64,000 nucleotides of DNA from Octopus sinensis (lineage: Eukaryota). Where the stretch lies: contig NC_043006.1 in the NCBI RefSeq assembly GCF_006345805.1, positions 74,958,001-75,022,000 of the forward strand, given 5' to 3'. The notes under the pieces are model-generated. The model did no database searches and was not told the origin of the DNA. It saw only the letters and a list, made by a program, of their open reading frames with translations. The position numbers were made by a program, and so were the translations under genes. How positions within the stretch are numbered: the stretch's first letter is position 1; each line of letters starts with the position of its first letter. Shown piece after piece: positions 13,869 through 28,319 of the stretch.

Positions 13869-14246
13869 TATTAAAACAAAAACTTACACAATAGAACAGT
13901 TGTCGCTGACATGAATTATTTACATATGGACGAATGAGTGTGTGCTGTTCTTGTCATAGACTCATAATCACATACACTAAATGCGTCTTCTGTCGGTTTC
14001 GAGAATATGTATTTAAAGCTCACTCTGCAACCGAGTGATTTCGGGTTCAGTCCCACTGTGTAGCACCTTGGGCAAGTGTCTTCTAATATGGCTCCGGGTC
14101 CGGCCCCATTCCGACCAATGCATTATGAGCGAATTTCGTAGAAGGAAGCTGTACGAAGCCCGTCGTGTACACACACAAACACACACACACCACACACACA
14201 CACACAGACACACACACAGACACACACAGACACACAGACACACACA

Positions 14247-14298
<52 letters not shown>

Positions 14299-14540
14299 TA
14301 TATTAGAAAGAATGAATGAACAGGCAAAACACGTCATATCACTTTAGAATATGGACAATTTCATCAAAACATAATTGTAGAGTTGCTACGATGGAGTTGT
14401 TGGAATATGTGTCCATAACATTACGTCATTAGACCCACTTTATTGGTACTCTAGCACACACACATTGTTATATTTGGGGATGGTAAATTTGGCCAATAAA
14501 CACGCATTATTTATTTGATCTTCACTTTATCTTTTTATTA

Positions 14541-15050
14541 CCGTAAATCCGCGAGTATAATCCACACTTTTCCCCAAAATTTAATGGTCAAGATCCCTAG
14601 TGCGTACTATATACGAGGTTAAAAATGGAATTATTTTCTAAGCAATGTCCAAGTCTCTATATGCTGTCCGGCAATGTTTATTCAGAAACATTTTGTGATG
14701 ACGGGCGCTAAAATGTCTTAAGCTAAGCCTGAAAGCAATGAAGTCATAAAAGAATCATCCATAACTTGCAGTAACCAACATTTATTAAACGTTATTACTG
14801 TTATTTCTTTATTTCCTGAAAACAAAATGCACAAAAAAGCTACACGTTTGCATTATGTTATATATACAATAATAATAAAGGACGTTACCGTATATATTTT
14901 TACAAACCAAGGACGTTATATGGACCTCCTTGATTCAAGTTAGAGAAGGGGTGCGTATTATATACAAAGTTTAGGTTTTTCAGAGGTACAGCCTCCTAAA
15001 AATCCCCTGCGTATTATACTCAAGGGCGGACTATACTCGAGGATTTACGG
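14541..15050. mobile_element. Tc2/pogo-like MITE (Tc1/mariner superfamily)
   Basis: TIRs CCGTAAATCCGCGAGTATAATCC and GGACTATACTCGAGGATTTACGG, TA on both sides, no ORF. Confidence 0.85.
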
Positions 15051-15511
15051 TATTAGTTTCTTCAACGACTTTCTGTACCTTGTGTCTCCTCTTCTCTCTC
15101 GTCATGTCCTATTTTGTTTTGTCTTTCTCTGGCACGGATTATTCGTATCTGCGAATGTGCTTACATCTGTATCTGTGTGTGTGTATATATCTATGTGTTT
15201 AGTATGTGCACGCGTGTCTTGTGTGCGTGCATTTGGGAGACGGAAACTGAAAGAAGTCCATCGTATATATAGGTGTATACGCATGTGTACGTGTATGTAT
15301 GGCTTGAGTCTGCGTTTGTTCTCCTCCCCCAGCTTAACAATCAAGGTTGACGGTTTTACGTCCCTGTAACTTAGTGGTTCGAAAGAAAAGACCGATAGAG
15401 TAAAAACCAGGCTTAAAAAGCGAAAAATAAACGCTTGGTTCGAGTCGTTCTAATGACGGAAATAAGTAAAAGAAATGTGCATCTGCGTGTGTGCGTGTGT
15501 GCGTGCGTGCT

Positions 15512-15549
<38 letters not shown>

Positions 15550-16093
15550 AGTGTGTGTGTGTGTGTGAGTTTGTGTGTGTGTTAACACTCGTACGCGTGC
15601 ACGCGTACGAGTGTTTACAATTTTTTCCTGAAGACCAAAGAAGTTTCACGAAGTGTTACTCAGAGTTTCGGGAAACCGTTCATCAGGTAGTTATGGTAAC
15701 GCAGACTATTGGTCTGCATATCACTGTATTTAACTCTGCTTTTGGTACTCGAGTACTATTTTTCCACTTTGTGTTGCACCTATGTGTTTTCTTGCGTGTA
15801 TAATATATACGTATACATATATAAGTACGTATGTATTCATACGCACATATAGGCGTACATACATCTCCACATGCATACTTACACACGTACAAACATGTAT
15901 GTACATGCATGCATCATACAAATACACAGACACGCGTACACATATACATACATACATACATACGTACATACATACATACATACATACATACATACATACG
16001 CACATATTGTGTGCTGATGACATTTGCAGCTGAAAAAACAATACGAGTGACGCAATCTTTAATGTAGCCGGAAGCAAGCTTTTGAACACATGG

Positions 16094-16128
<35 letters not shown>

Positions 16129-16368
16129 ACACACACACACTTTCTTTCACACCCCACCCTCTCTCTATGCCTCTCGGCCGTGCACATGTGTGGATTGGCA
16201 GTTAATGACTCACATGGCTCTTACTCAGAGTTTCAGGTTCACAAAAGCACGTGTTTGATCGATAAGAGGTCTGCAATGTTTAGATATACATGTACAGGCA
16301 CACATCCATCCATCCATTCAAACATGCAGTCATGCGTAAATACAAATATGCAAGCATGAATCTCTCTC

Positions 16369-16436
<68 letters not shown>

Positions 16437-16499
16437 GCATGCTTACATCATACATAATTCATGAGAATATAGGAAGACACATATATACACTAAAATGGG

Positions 16500-16880
16500 A
16501 AGGAAGCACTCCGTCGGATACGACGAGGGTTCCGGTTGATCCGATCAACGGAACAGCCTGCTCGTGAAATTAACGTGTAAGTGGCTGAGCACTCCACAGA
16601 CACGTGTACCCTTAACGTAGTTCTCGGGGATATTCAGCGTGACACAGAGAGTGACAAGGCCTGGCCTTTAAAATACAGGTACAGCAGAAACAGGAAGTAA
16701 GAGTGTGAGAAAGTTGTGGTGAAAGAGTACAGCAGGGATCACCACCATCCCTGCCGGAGCCTCGTGAAGCTTTAGGTGTTTTCGCTCAATAAACACTCAC
16801 AACGCCCGGTCTGGGAATCGAAACCGCGATCCTACGACCGCGACTCCGCTGCCCTGACCACTGGGCCATTGTGCCTCCAC
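16500..16880 (-). mobile_element. SINE family C, full length
   Basis: Minus strand head GTGGAGGCACAATGGCCCAGTGG...GGTTTCGATTCCC; matches 5415-5740. Confidence 0.85.
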
Positions 16881-17034
16881 ACACTAAAATATGCCTATGT
16901 ATATGTACAATATATATATATATATATATATATTGATAGATAGATAGATATAGATGCGTACATAAGTACGTATATGTAAATGTTTGTACATATATATGTA
17001 TACATATATATGTTTATATATAATATATATACAT

Positions 17035-17112
<78 letters not shown>

Positions 17113-17118
17113 ATATAT

Positions 17119-17150
<32 letters not shown>

Positions 17151-17333
17151 TTAATAATAATAACAATAATAATAATAATAATAATCGATTAAGGAGATGA
17201 AAGATGGATATGGTATTAACCATTATTTCGTGCGACGATCGTTGTCATAAAAATATTAGTCCAAAAATTACACACACACAATATGTGCGTGTGCATGTGT
17301 GTGTGTGTATATATAAAGCATTATATATAATAC

Positions 17334-17410
<77 letters not shown>

Positions 17411-17799
17411 CATTATATATAATGCATTCTGATTCTGCACTGCATCAATACAAAAGCATTGCCAAGACACACTCAGTAAAAGGACAGATATATTTAAATC
17501 ACAATTATCTTCTTCAGAACGACAGTGTCTATATAATTTTGAATAGACAATCTCTGAATATGCTAGTTACGTTGAAGAAAACAACGTAGCAGATAGCTGC
17601 AGGCGATTTGCTATTGCACCGTATTCAATGTAACGTCAGTAATATAGTTTATCATGTTTCACTACGTGAGTCTAGATGACTGAATATACATTATTTTATT
17701 AGTACAATGCATAAAACTGTTGAGTTTGGCAGAATCGTTACCGCGCCAGGCAAAATACTTGGCGGCATTTCGCCTGTCTTTACGTTCTGAGCCTAAATT

Positions 17800-18203
17800 C
17801 TTATTTCTTTATTGCCCACAAGGGGCTAAACATAGAGGGGACAAACAAGGACAGACAAGGGTATTAAGTCGATAATATCGACCCCAGTTAACTGGTACTT
17901 AATTTATCGACTCCGAAAGGATAAAAGGCAAAGTCGACCCCGGCGGAATTTGAACTCAGAACATAGCGGCAGACGAAATACTTATTTCTTTACTACCCAC
18001 AAGGCTAAACACAGAGGACAAACAAGGACAGACAAACAGATTAAGTCGATTATATCGACCCCAGTGTGCAACTGGTACTTATTTAATCGACCCCGAAAGG
18101 ATGAAAAGCAAAGTCGATCTCGGCGGAATTTGAACGCAGCGGCGTACAAAATACCACAAAGCATTTCGCCCGGCGTGCTAGCTTTTCTGCCAACTCGCCG
18201 CCT
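17800..18203 (-). mobile_element. SINE family B dimer nested in an older plus-strand B-type copy
   Basis: Interrupts a copy that starts at ~17725 and resumes at ~18206 (AGGTCGACTT). Confidence 0.75.
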
Positions 18204-18521
18204 TAGAGGTCGACTTCCGGAGTTGGTAAATTAAGTACCAGTTGAACATTGGGGTCGATGTAACCGATTCATCCCCTCCCCTAAAACTGTTGCCCTTGTG
18301 GCAAAATTTGAAACCATTATTATTATTATCAAGGTGGCAAGTAGGAAGGAACGTTAGCACGCCGGGCGAAATGCTTAGCGGTATTTTGCCCGTCGCTACG
18401 TTCTCAGGTCAAATCCCAGCGAGGTCGATTTTGCCTTTCATCCTTTCAGGGTCGACAAATTAAATACTAGTGAAACACTAGGGTCACCTCCCCTAAAACT
18501 TCAGGCCTTGTGCCTTTAGAA

Positions 18522-18833
18522 CAGACCTGGCCAAATCCATTTACATTGCGGGCTACTTTAATCACGGAGAGTTTTTTGAGGGCTGCTTGTATACTGACAG
18601 AATTGAAAGCGTTTTGCTTTCTCATGCTACTATTACAATAATGAATTAATCATCGTTGATTCAACATGAAATATTATCATTGCAGAAACAGTAGTAACTT
18701 TCTTTTTTTACTTTTCATTACAATCTTTAATTTTTGATAAAATATTTTTTAATGTTTGTTTAAAATATACCTATTTTAAGAAAATATCGAGCGGGCCGCA
18801 TGCGGCCCACGGGCTTCAGGTTGGCCAACCCTG
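18522..18833. mobile_element. hAT-type MITE
   Basis: Ends CAGACCTGGCCAA and TTGGCCAACCCTG; perfect 8-bp TSD CTTTAGAA (18514-18521, 18834-18841); subterminal GCGGGCCGCATGCGGCCC. Confidence 0.9.
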
Positions 18834-18875
18834 CTTTAGAAGAGTAGATTATTACTATTACTCGTATTATCATCA

Positions 18876-18911
<36 letters not shown>

Positions 18912-19350
18912 TATTATTATTATTATTATCATTATCATCATCATCATCATCATCATTATCATCATCATCATCATTATTATTATTATCAACATCATCATAA
19001 AACAGTAAGCTGGGAGACTCGTTACCGCTTATCAAACACAGAGACAGACAAAATGCTTAGTGACATTTCTTCGTCAGTCTCTGTGTTCTGCGTTCAAATG
19101 ACACCGAGGTCGACTTTACCCAGTAATAATAATAGTCCTTTCTACTGGAAGCACAAGGCCTCAAAACTGGGGGAAGAGATTAAGTCGATTAAATCGATCT
19201 CTGTGCGTAACTGGTGGTTATTTAATCGATGCTGAAAGGACGATAGGCAAAGTCATTCTTGGTAGAATTTGAACTCAGAACATAGCGACGGGTGAAATAT
19301 CGCTAAGCATTTCGTCTAGCGTGTTAACGATTCTACCTGCTCGCCTCCCC

Positions 19351-19402
<52 letters not shown>

Positions 19403-19404
<2 letters not shown>

Positions 19405-19713
19405 CAGTGATTGTAGGATCTCTAGGAATGATTAAAAAGGTAATGAAACATATTTGAAACTGATACCAAGCTTACCATCCCTACAGAAAGTGCAAAAAAT
19501 CGTGTTAACTGGAACGACTCATGTACTGAGAAGAGCATTATCGCTGTGAAAACAACATCCATTCATGAATTTATTTATTCATTAATTTTTTTAATACATA
19601 TTTTACCTGTAAATTTGAGTGTGTAATCTGGGAATGCATACAATGAGCTTCTCTGCCCTAGGTTTTCGGATAACACCCGGCGAGAAATGGAAGAAAATCT
19701 TAAGAAAGAAGGA
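19403..19713 (+). mobile_element. R4/Dong-type LINE 3' fragment
   Basis: Encodes PVIVGSLGMIKK...VQKIVLTGTTHVLRRALSL* plus 3' UTR, between (TAA)n tracts. Confidence 0.85.
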
Positions 19714-19772
<59 letters not shown>

Positions 19773-19775
<3 letters not shown>

Positions 19776-21508
19776 GCCATCTATTTTATATGGATGACTT
19801 AAAACTTTATGGTAAAGACAATAATGAACTTGAAGGCCTATTGCGCACCGTGAAAGCATTCAGCGATGACATCGGGATGGAGTTTGGACTTGAGAAGTGT
19901 GCCAAGGCCACTTTCCAGAAAGGGAAAGTGAAGACCACAAATTCAGTCGTGTTAGATGTTGACACAGTCATAAGAGAGCTTGAGCAAGAACAGACATACA
20001 AATATTTAGGGATAAATGAAGGCTCTGGTATTCAGCATGCAAGCATGAAAGAGAAAATCAGGAAGGAATGTTATAGGAGAGTTCGTGCAGTCCTGAAATC
20101 TGAACTAAATGCACGTAACAAGGTGTTAGCTATAAATTCCTTAGCAGTTCCAGTTGTTACTTATAGCTACAATGTGTTGAACTGGAATATGAGTGAAGTA
20201 AAGAATATAGATAGAAAAATACGCAAGCTGCTGAGTTGTAATAGGATGCACCACCCAAGGCAGACGTAGATCGCCTTTACCTTCCCAGAGCCCAAGGAGG
20301 TCGAGGCCTGATCCAATTTGAACTAGCTTACAAAACAACCACAATTGGACTGGCCAAATATCTCGAAATATCGAATGACTGGATGCTAAAGCTCGTGGAA
20401 AATCACGAGACGAAAGAAGCTTCATTCTTATCATCAAGGAAAGCAAAAATTTGCTATTGATCTCGTGCAGGATACCCAAACTGAACAACCCGAGGGAAGT
20501 ACGGCAACTATTGTTGCAAAGAAGGTGAAAATGATGGCAATGAAAAAAGCGCACGAGCAATTGGCTGATAGGTGGGAGGAGAAGCCTCTGCACGGCAAAT
20601 ATGTGACCCGCAGCAAACAAGCTGATGTTGACCAGAAGCAAACCCATCAGTGGCTGCGGAGCTCAGGGCTAAAAGCAGATAGCGAAGGTTTCATCCTGGC
20701 TGCTCAAGACCAAAGCCTATTAACCCGGAACTACCAGGCCAATGTGATGAAAAATGGAGCAGACCCAAAATGCCGATTCTGCAACGACATGATTGAAGCA
20801 GTGGACCACCTAATCTCTGGATGTAAAGTCTTAGCACCAGTGGAGTATAAATTAAGACATGACAGAGTTGGCCAATATCTCCACTGGCTAATAAGTCGGC
20901 ATTACAATATCAAAACTGCCAACAAGTGGTATAATCACCACCCTGAGGCTGTAACTGAAGGAGAAAATGTAACCATTCTGTGGGACTTTCCAGTACATAC
21001 AGACCGAACCATCAAGGCCAATAAACCAGATATTGTTGTGAAAGACCAAAACAATAAAGTTTGCTTATTGATCGACATGAGCATCCCCTGTGATCATAAT
21101 ATCTCAGCGAAAGAGTTTGACAAGCTCAGAAAATATAAAGACCTACTCATTGAAATTGAGAAAATGTGGCATCTCAAGGCGGTTACAATACCAGTGATCG
21201 TAGGAGCACTAGGAATGATCAAGAAGGGAACCGAAAATTATATGAGAATGATCCCTGGCTTACCATCCCTGCAAGAAGTGCAAAAGATTGTCTTAACTGG
21301 TACATCACACGTATTGAGAAGAGCATTGTCGATGTGAGAACTGTTGCTGCTCATGTATTTTAATTTAACTTAAAAAAAAAAAAAAAAAATGAACGAACTA
21401 CTGAGTTTGGTTTAATGGCCTACCAATATACACTATAGTTTCTTTGCCCTAGGAGTCGGGAAGACACTCGGCAAGAAATGGAAGAAAATTTGAAAGAAGA
21501 AAAAAAAA
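19773..21508 (+). mobile_element. 5'-truncated R4/Dong-type non-LTR retrotransposon (RT C-terminus, CCHC, restriction-like endonuclease), frameshifted
   Basis: SHLFYMDDLKLY; YKYLG; CRFCNDMIEAVDHLISGC; RHD; KPDIVV...LIDMSIP...KLRKY; stop at 21337; (TAA)n on both sides. Confidence 0.95.
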
Positions 21509-21516
21509 TAATAATA

Positions 21517-21586
<70 letters not shown>

Positions 21587-22454
21587 GCCCCGATGCAGTA
21601 CCAGGCAGTGGCTTCTTATCTTAACTGATTAGAAGTGTTATGATGTACACTGTTTTGTCTTGGTATAAAAGATAGGCTGCAGCAAAAATTCTGCTCAATA
21701 CCGCAGATCTGCTTGTCCGTCGGCTGACCTTAACTAATTGAGTATGTCTCTTAGTGGCTGACAGTATATGGACCTCTGATCATGAGCGGAAGTAGTGGGG
21801 GAGCATTATGGCTATGTGTTAAGAGGAATTCTTTGGAGTTTGAATAATTCACCTTTGGTAACATGGGCATTTCGTTCAACATCCTTAAACAACCTTTTTC
21901 AGGGACCTTTTGAGAAGGATGGACTACTCGACCTGAAGAAAGTTCTAACTGGGCCCCACCTGCAAGGTCGTGTGCTGTTTATCTTGATATGAGATCACGA
22001 TGTCGTGCACATATGGTTGTGATGCATGTGTCTGGTGTACCCTTATCAGTGCCTGGTGTACCCTTGTTAACACTTTCACCCTCCGCAAAAAATCCCAAAT
22101 TTTATTTAATTTGCTTTGCGGGAAGGACTGTGTCAACGAAGTCGCGTCTTGTCGTTACCTTCGAACGCGGAGTAGATGAAACAGGGACAACTGGTGAAGG
22201 GGAACATTCTTTATGCTGCATGTCTCGTTTCTCTGTTTGTTTTTTTCATTGTTCGAAAAAAAGTTCGTTTTGTATGTTTTTGTATTTATACATTCGTTTC
22301 TCATTGTGTTCAACGTTTTTATGATGTCCTGTATCCATAAATGCATGTATATATACATATATATGTAGGTATATACATATATGTATGTATATATGCATAT
22401 ATATATATATTTGTTGAGCAAGATTTTTTTATGTGAAGTCGTGTGTTGAAACAG

Positions 22455-22524
22455 ATATTGTTGTATTTCGGAATGGTCATTATTGGCTAAACTGGCAAAA
22501 TGACCATTCCGAAATGCGACAATA
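22455..22524. repeat. Hairpin inverted repeat
   Basis: ATATTGTTGTATTTCGGAATGGTCATT / AATGACCATTCCGAAATGCGACAATAT. Confidence 0.8.
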
Positions 22525-22542
22525 TATATATATATATTATAT

Positions 22543-22586
<44 letters not shown>

Positions 22587-23552
22587 GGTTATCCAAACGG
22601 GAAAACAGAAAAACAACAACACGTGGAACAATGAAAGTATTATTATTATTAGGCGCTTATTATTATTAGGCGCTTATTATATAATACATGTATATGTATG
22701 TATTATGTATGTATGTATGCATGTATGTATGTATGTATGTATGTATGTATGTATGTATGTATGTATGTATGTATGTATGTATGCACTCATATATATATTT
22801 CGATAATGCACACGCCCGAGATCTTCAGCCCTTGGGGTAGAAAGTGCTCCTTAGCCGTAGTGAAGGCAATCTATCTAGGGAGATAACCTTACAATAAATC
22901 ACTCGGTCCGTAGCTTAGAAATACTGGGTTGACGTCCAGCGGGAACAGCTTTGTTTCATGGAGGAGGAAAGATCTTCTTTAGTACTTGGTTGTACAATGC
23001 TTTCCAATGTGTGTAGTAGTGGCGCGCGCACACATTATTAGCCATTTGAAAAGACTATGGAATTTAGTCTCGACCACGGTCGAACAATAATGATGATGAT
23101 CGGCCCTTGCAGCCAACAAAAGATATCATTTATCAGTATTTAATTATTTTTATTTTTATGGACCAACGTGTTGTGGCTTATATCATTATGAACTCCACGC
23201 GTTTTACTAACCGAATGAAATAAAATGATTACAGACGAGAAACGCAATCTACGAGACAAACCCGGTAAAACTCATCGATTGTGCAGCGTTATCACTGTTT
23301 ATAGCCATAATTCGTTTCCTACCTCCATTGCGGTACCTATTTATAGCATAATGATTTCAGCTACGGAAATATTGCCGCGCTGGTGATTTTAGTATATGTG
23401 GATGTCTGATCTATTGGTTACAATATGCGTGCGCGCGTGCGTGTATGTGATATGCTGTCAACACGAACATCTGCTCTTAGCTAGAAATTATGAATGAAGG
23501 ATATAGAAAACGAGTAAAAAAAAAATTACCTATCAATCTATCTATCAATTTC

Positions 23553-23587
<35 letters not shown>

Positions 23588-23749
23588 ATGTACATGTGTG
23601 TATATATGTATTTGTATATATATGTATTTGTATATATATATATATATATATAATATATATATATATATATTATATATATATATATATAGATAGATAGATA
23701 GAATAGATAGATAGATAGATAGATATATGTACATGTAAATATATGTGTG

Positions 23750-23797
<48 letters not shown>

Positions 23798-24149
23798 CAT
23801 ATATATATATATATGTATGTATGTTTATGTGTGTGTGTGTGTATATGTATGTGTGTATGATACCGTCGACTGTGAAATATAGTCGAACATTGTAACTTAA
23901 TTACAGTCCATTACGTTTTGTGTTCAAATCTCACCGATATCAAGTTTCCATTTCATGCTTCCGGTTCCGAAAAATGAGGAATAATAACCAAGTGATGGGG
24001 TCGTTTGAATGGCCTTTAGCCTTCAGACAAAATCCGTGGCCTTGTGCCAATGTTAAATATATGTAAATTATCTCATTTGTGTATTTCGTTGGTGTAATGT
24101 TCTAACGTTTGTGACGGTGTCACTGCTGCTGCTGCTGTTGTTGTTGTTG

Positions 24150-24342
24150 TTAAGCAACAAGACGGGTAAGGGTGATTAGGTGATGGTCTAGGGCTTAGGG
24201 GCGAGAGACCCCAGACCTTGGAAAAAAAAACTTTGGTTGTCTTGCTGTAGTCGAGGGCTCTTCGTTGACGCCCGACACCACTGGGAGGTGGCCCTAGAAG
24301 TCGCTGGAAATGGAGATCTCCAGGTCCGAATTCTTGAACGGC
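24150..24342 (-). mobile_element. ~195-bp dispersed GC-rich element, copy 1
   Basis: Colinear with 32713-32910, same end points, flanked by trinucleotide runs. Confidence 0.8.
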
Positions 24343-24730
24343 TGCTGCTGTTGCTGTTGCCCCTACTGCTACTGGTGTTGCATTCAGGGCATACAGAACA
24401 CAATGTCCCTCATAAAAGTTGTTTACCTTGGAGGGGGAATTATGATGATTGAAAGGGGGAATGCACAAATTTCCATCCTTAATAAAAACAAGTATTTTTT
24501 CTTTTCAACTTTTTAAATTTGTCCAACATCATAGCCAAGTAGCAGGAGTTATGCGGAAAGAAAATTCATTTCTATCTTGCTATTAATAAAGAGAGCTGGG
24601 CTGCAAAATATTTACACTAATTTTCTTTTATTATTTTCTTTTCCTTTTTTAATAACTTTTTAATAATGGAAGGCAAGATTTATGATATCGGAGGAATATC
24701 ATCTCCTTCCACCATTCTTCTTGTTCGTTA

Positions 24731-25159
24731 TGTAGTTCAGGCTTTCGGCAGGCGAAGAGAAAAGACCTCAAGTGCAACTGCTATTTACAACTGGTTTATT
24801 TACAGGAAAGGTGAAGTGTGCTACTCTCAGCTACCATCTTAAGCTCCAATAGCGTGGGCGCATTGCCTCTGGAGATAGACAAGCAGAAAGCCTCAGCCAA
24901 TGCTGCTGTGGTGATACCGCCAAAAGAGGTAACAGGTCTGAATCGATTTTCCGTCTATATCGTTTCCATCACGAGCCTCGTTGTGATCTCGCGCATGGCA
25001 AATGGATGGAGGTGAGGTCTCGCTCCAGTCTCGGAGATGGCAATGGCTGCTGCGAGATCTCATCCAATATGTCTGGTTGCTTGTGTCGCTACTACTTGTT
25101 ATGGTTATCTCAATAGATATTCTATAGAAATTATAGCCAGGCACTGATTTATGCTACGA
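24731..25159 (-). mobile_element. Possible solo LTR
   Basis: TGTAG...CTACGA ends, flanks CGTTA/CGTTT, AATAAA on the minus strand at ~24795, GC-richer than flanks. Confidence 0.35.
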
Positions 25160-25391
25160 CGTTTCGTACACGAGACGTTAGAAGTAAAACAAACAATGAC
25201 TGTTCACACAGTACAATTCGGTATTGACTTATAGAAACATTTAATATACTTTATAGTATTCTAGAAGGTACATGTTGACACTCCTGTGGTGTCATAGTAT
25301 TACCATGTAACATTTGGTTTGATTCATTTGGTTGAGCCGTTTTAGAATGCATTGGGAACAGAGATACAAAAGATTTTATACACACACACAC

Positions 25392-25478
<87 letters not shown>

Positions 25479-26571
25479 CAAAAATAAGCAACAAGGATAT
25501 CCAGAGGTAATGCAATACGATCGTTTCATGCAACTCCATTTAATTAAACAATGCAATCATTACATCAATTTAAAATGCAGAGCACTCCTCAGCTGCACAA
25601 AGACATAGAATTTAATTAAATTAAAACAGATGGACATATTAGTATACTAATGTGCCCATCTGGAAGAGGGCGAGGGTGATGGGGTCTCCTCACTTTCAAC
25701 CTCGTCAGAAATTTACGAACCCCTTCTTGGATATCCGGGGTTCTTGAATAATTAACCAGTTGAACACCTTCCTTCTCACATGCCCTACATGCTGTAAATA
25801 ATCGCCGTAGGAACAAGGCTTGTAATTTGACCTCAGTACTTGCCTGAGCCATTATTTTAGAAACACAAAGAAGAAAGACGAAATTGATCTTCGATCTTAG
25901 TTGGACTTGAACGCAGAACGTAGTGGACCATACCTACAAACCCCTCATAATATACATTCTGACGTTCTAACGAATCGTCTAATTCGGCGTTATACTGACA
26001 TGCAATAAATTATTCTCGGTGAGTGTTAATAGAATATGAATGGCTGCCAATATAGTGAACATGCTTGCTTATCTTTCACGTAATCTCTATAACTAACTTG
26101 TGTCATTAATGTCAAACACAAAAGAGAAATCGTTATAAATCTACTCCTGTGACTGCACAGAGCACAAGATAAATGCTTGGGGTATAACGTTTCAACCGGG
26201 GACTAATAATAGATAGACCATAGACTAAAAGATCGTTTACGATATTTCAGCTCAATTTCAGTGACACGTTGAATGTGATAGAAAAATGTATTACCATACC
26301 AAACGAAAGTATTAACACGAAATCAAATGAAAACCTCTATATGGCCACTCAACTCGTTAATAATAATCCTTTCTACTATAGGTATGAGGCCTGAAATTTT
26401 GTGGAAGGGGCAATTCGATTACATCGATCCCCAGTGTTGAACTGGTTCTTATTTCATCGACCCCGAAATAATAAAAGGCAAAGTTGACCTCAGTGGAATT
26501 TGAATTCAAGGTAAAAACGGTCGGAATTTTGCCTGGCATGCTAACGATTCAGCCAGCTCACCACCTCAATG

Positions 26572-26651
<80 letters not shown>

Positions 26652-26652
26652 C

Positions 26653-26706
<54 letters not shown>

Positions 26707-26852
26707 GTTTCAAATTTTGCTACAAGGACAGCCATTTCGGGGGAAAGGTTAAGTCGATTACATCGACCCCAGTGTGTCACTGGTACTTAATTTATGGACA
26801 CCGAAAGGATGAAAGACAAAGTCAACCTCAACGGAATTTGAACTCAGAACAG

Positions 26853-28202
26853 AGAGTAGTGATACCTAAAACACTACAAAAGAAAATATTGAGGGAATAT
26901 AATGTTGGACATCTTGGTATTTCGAGGATGAAAGCTTCCATGCGTAGCTACGTGTACTGGCCAAAAGTGGATAGAGAAATCGAAACTTTATTGAAAGGCT
27001 CTAGGGGATGTTCTCTAGCAGTAAAATTACCGACACTAGAAAGTGAACCTTGGACAAAAGTAGATGTTTCGTAGTCGAGACTGCACATCGATTTCACTGG
27101 TCCTTTAAAAGGTTCATACTACTTAGTGGTAGTTGATAGTTTTTTCTAAATGGCGAGAAATTTGTAAGTGTAAAAAACTAGCCTCCTCAACGTCGACAAA
27201 TTTTTACATGAGCTGTTTGCGAGATTTGGCATCCCAGACGCGATAGTGTCTGACAATGGAATGCAATTTGTGTCTTTTGAGGTTAAAATGTTTTGTAAAA
27301 TGTTCGTTGTAACTACGCCGCCATACCATCCCCAGATCTAACGGATAGGTAGAATGCTTTGACGATACGTTCAAGAAAGCCCTAAGAAATTTGAATAAGG
27401 AAGCCACGGATGAGGTAATTCTACAACAATTCTTAAGAGTATTCTGTGTGATACCAAATCCAAATACACCAACAGGTATGTTCGCGAAGGAAATAAAATC
27501 AGTCTTCGACAAATTGCTACCGGGCAAGAAAAGAAAAATTGCTTTGGAAAATACAGCAAGATTTTTGTAATTGGTGAAATCGGTGAAAAGGGCATGTAAG
27601 AACGGAAAACAGAGTTGGGAAGATGTCGTGATTACAAAACGCATAGGAAAAATGCTATACTTGGTAAAATGTAGAACAGGCGTATACAAGAGACACATAA
27701 ACCAACTGAAGAAAGATTCGTTGAGAGTGAACCCAAGAGATTGGAAGAACCAATGGAATGGTTATATGATACTTTTCAAGTACCAACGCCACTACAGGTG
27801 ATTGAACCCAGGCGCACAAGTGTAAGTAAAAGAAAATGTACGGAGTTCCTGGAAGTGGATGCCAAACGGAAAACATATTAAATGTGTAACTTAGAAAAAA
27901 AAGACCCCAAAACTAAAGTAGAGTGATACAAAAAAAGTATTGCCATTAAAAGAAATGAAATGACACCCCCTAAGAAAAAAACGAATAACTTAAAGAGGGA
28001 GATGTTGTGAGGATAACAGTAATAATGGTACACCCCCTTTACGTTACGGGTGGTATGTAGTAGTCGTTATAAATAAGATGATGTCGGTCAGTATAAACAG
28101 AGAGTACGTAGTAGACGGTCATAGACTGTTGTGCTTTTACTTGTCTTTATACTGCTATACAGGAGTGAGATTTATAAAAATCCGACTTAAAGGATTACAA
28201 CA
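26853..28202 (+). mobile_element. Ty3/gypsy LTR retrotransposon remnant (integrase, PPT, 3' LTR)
   Basis: GHLGISRMKASMRSYVYWP zinc-binding region; LHIDFTGPLKGSYYLVVVDSF; IVSDNG; stops and frameshifts; PPT AAAGAGGGAGA then TGTTGT...ACAACA at 28003-28202. Confidence 0.9.
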
Positions 28203-28319
28203 GTAATACACTGCCTAAATACCAATCTTGAGGTTCCTCGGTTGTCTGTAGGTGGAACTCTCCATTTGGGGAATTTTACTGTGGAGGTTTTTTTGTTGTT
28301 AACTTTTATTGTTTCAATT

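Noticed and set aside
16800-16880. tRNA gene
   Set aside because: It is a SINE head that continues into a repeat body, without an intact acceptor stem
25616-25852. 78-aa minus-strand ORF
   Set aside because: Short, with no recognisable domain or supporting splice context
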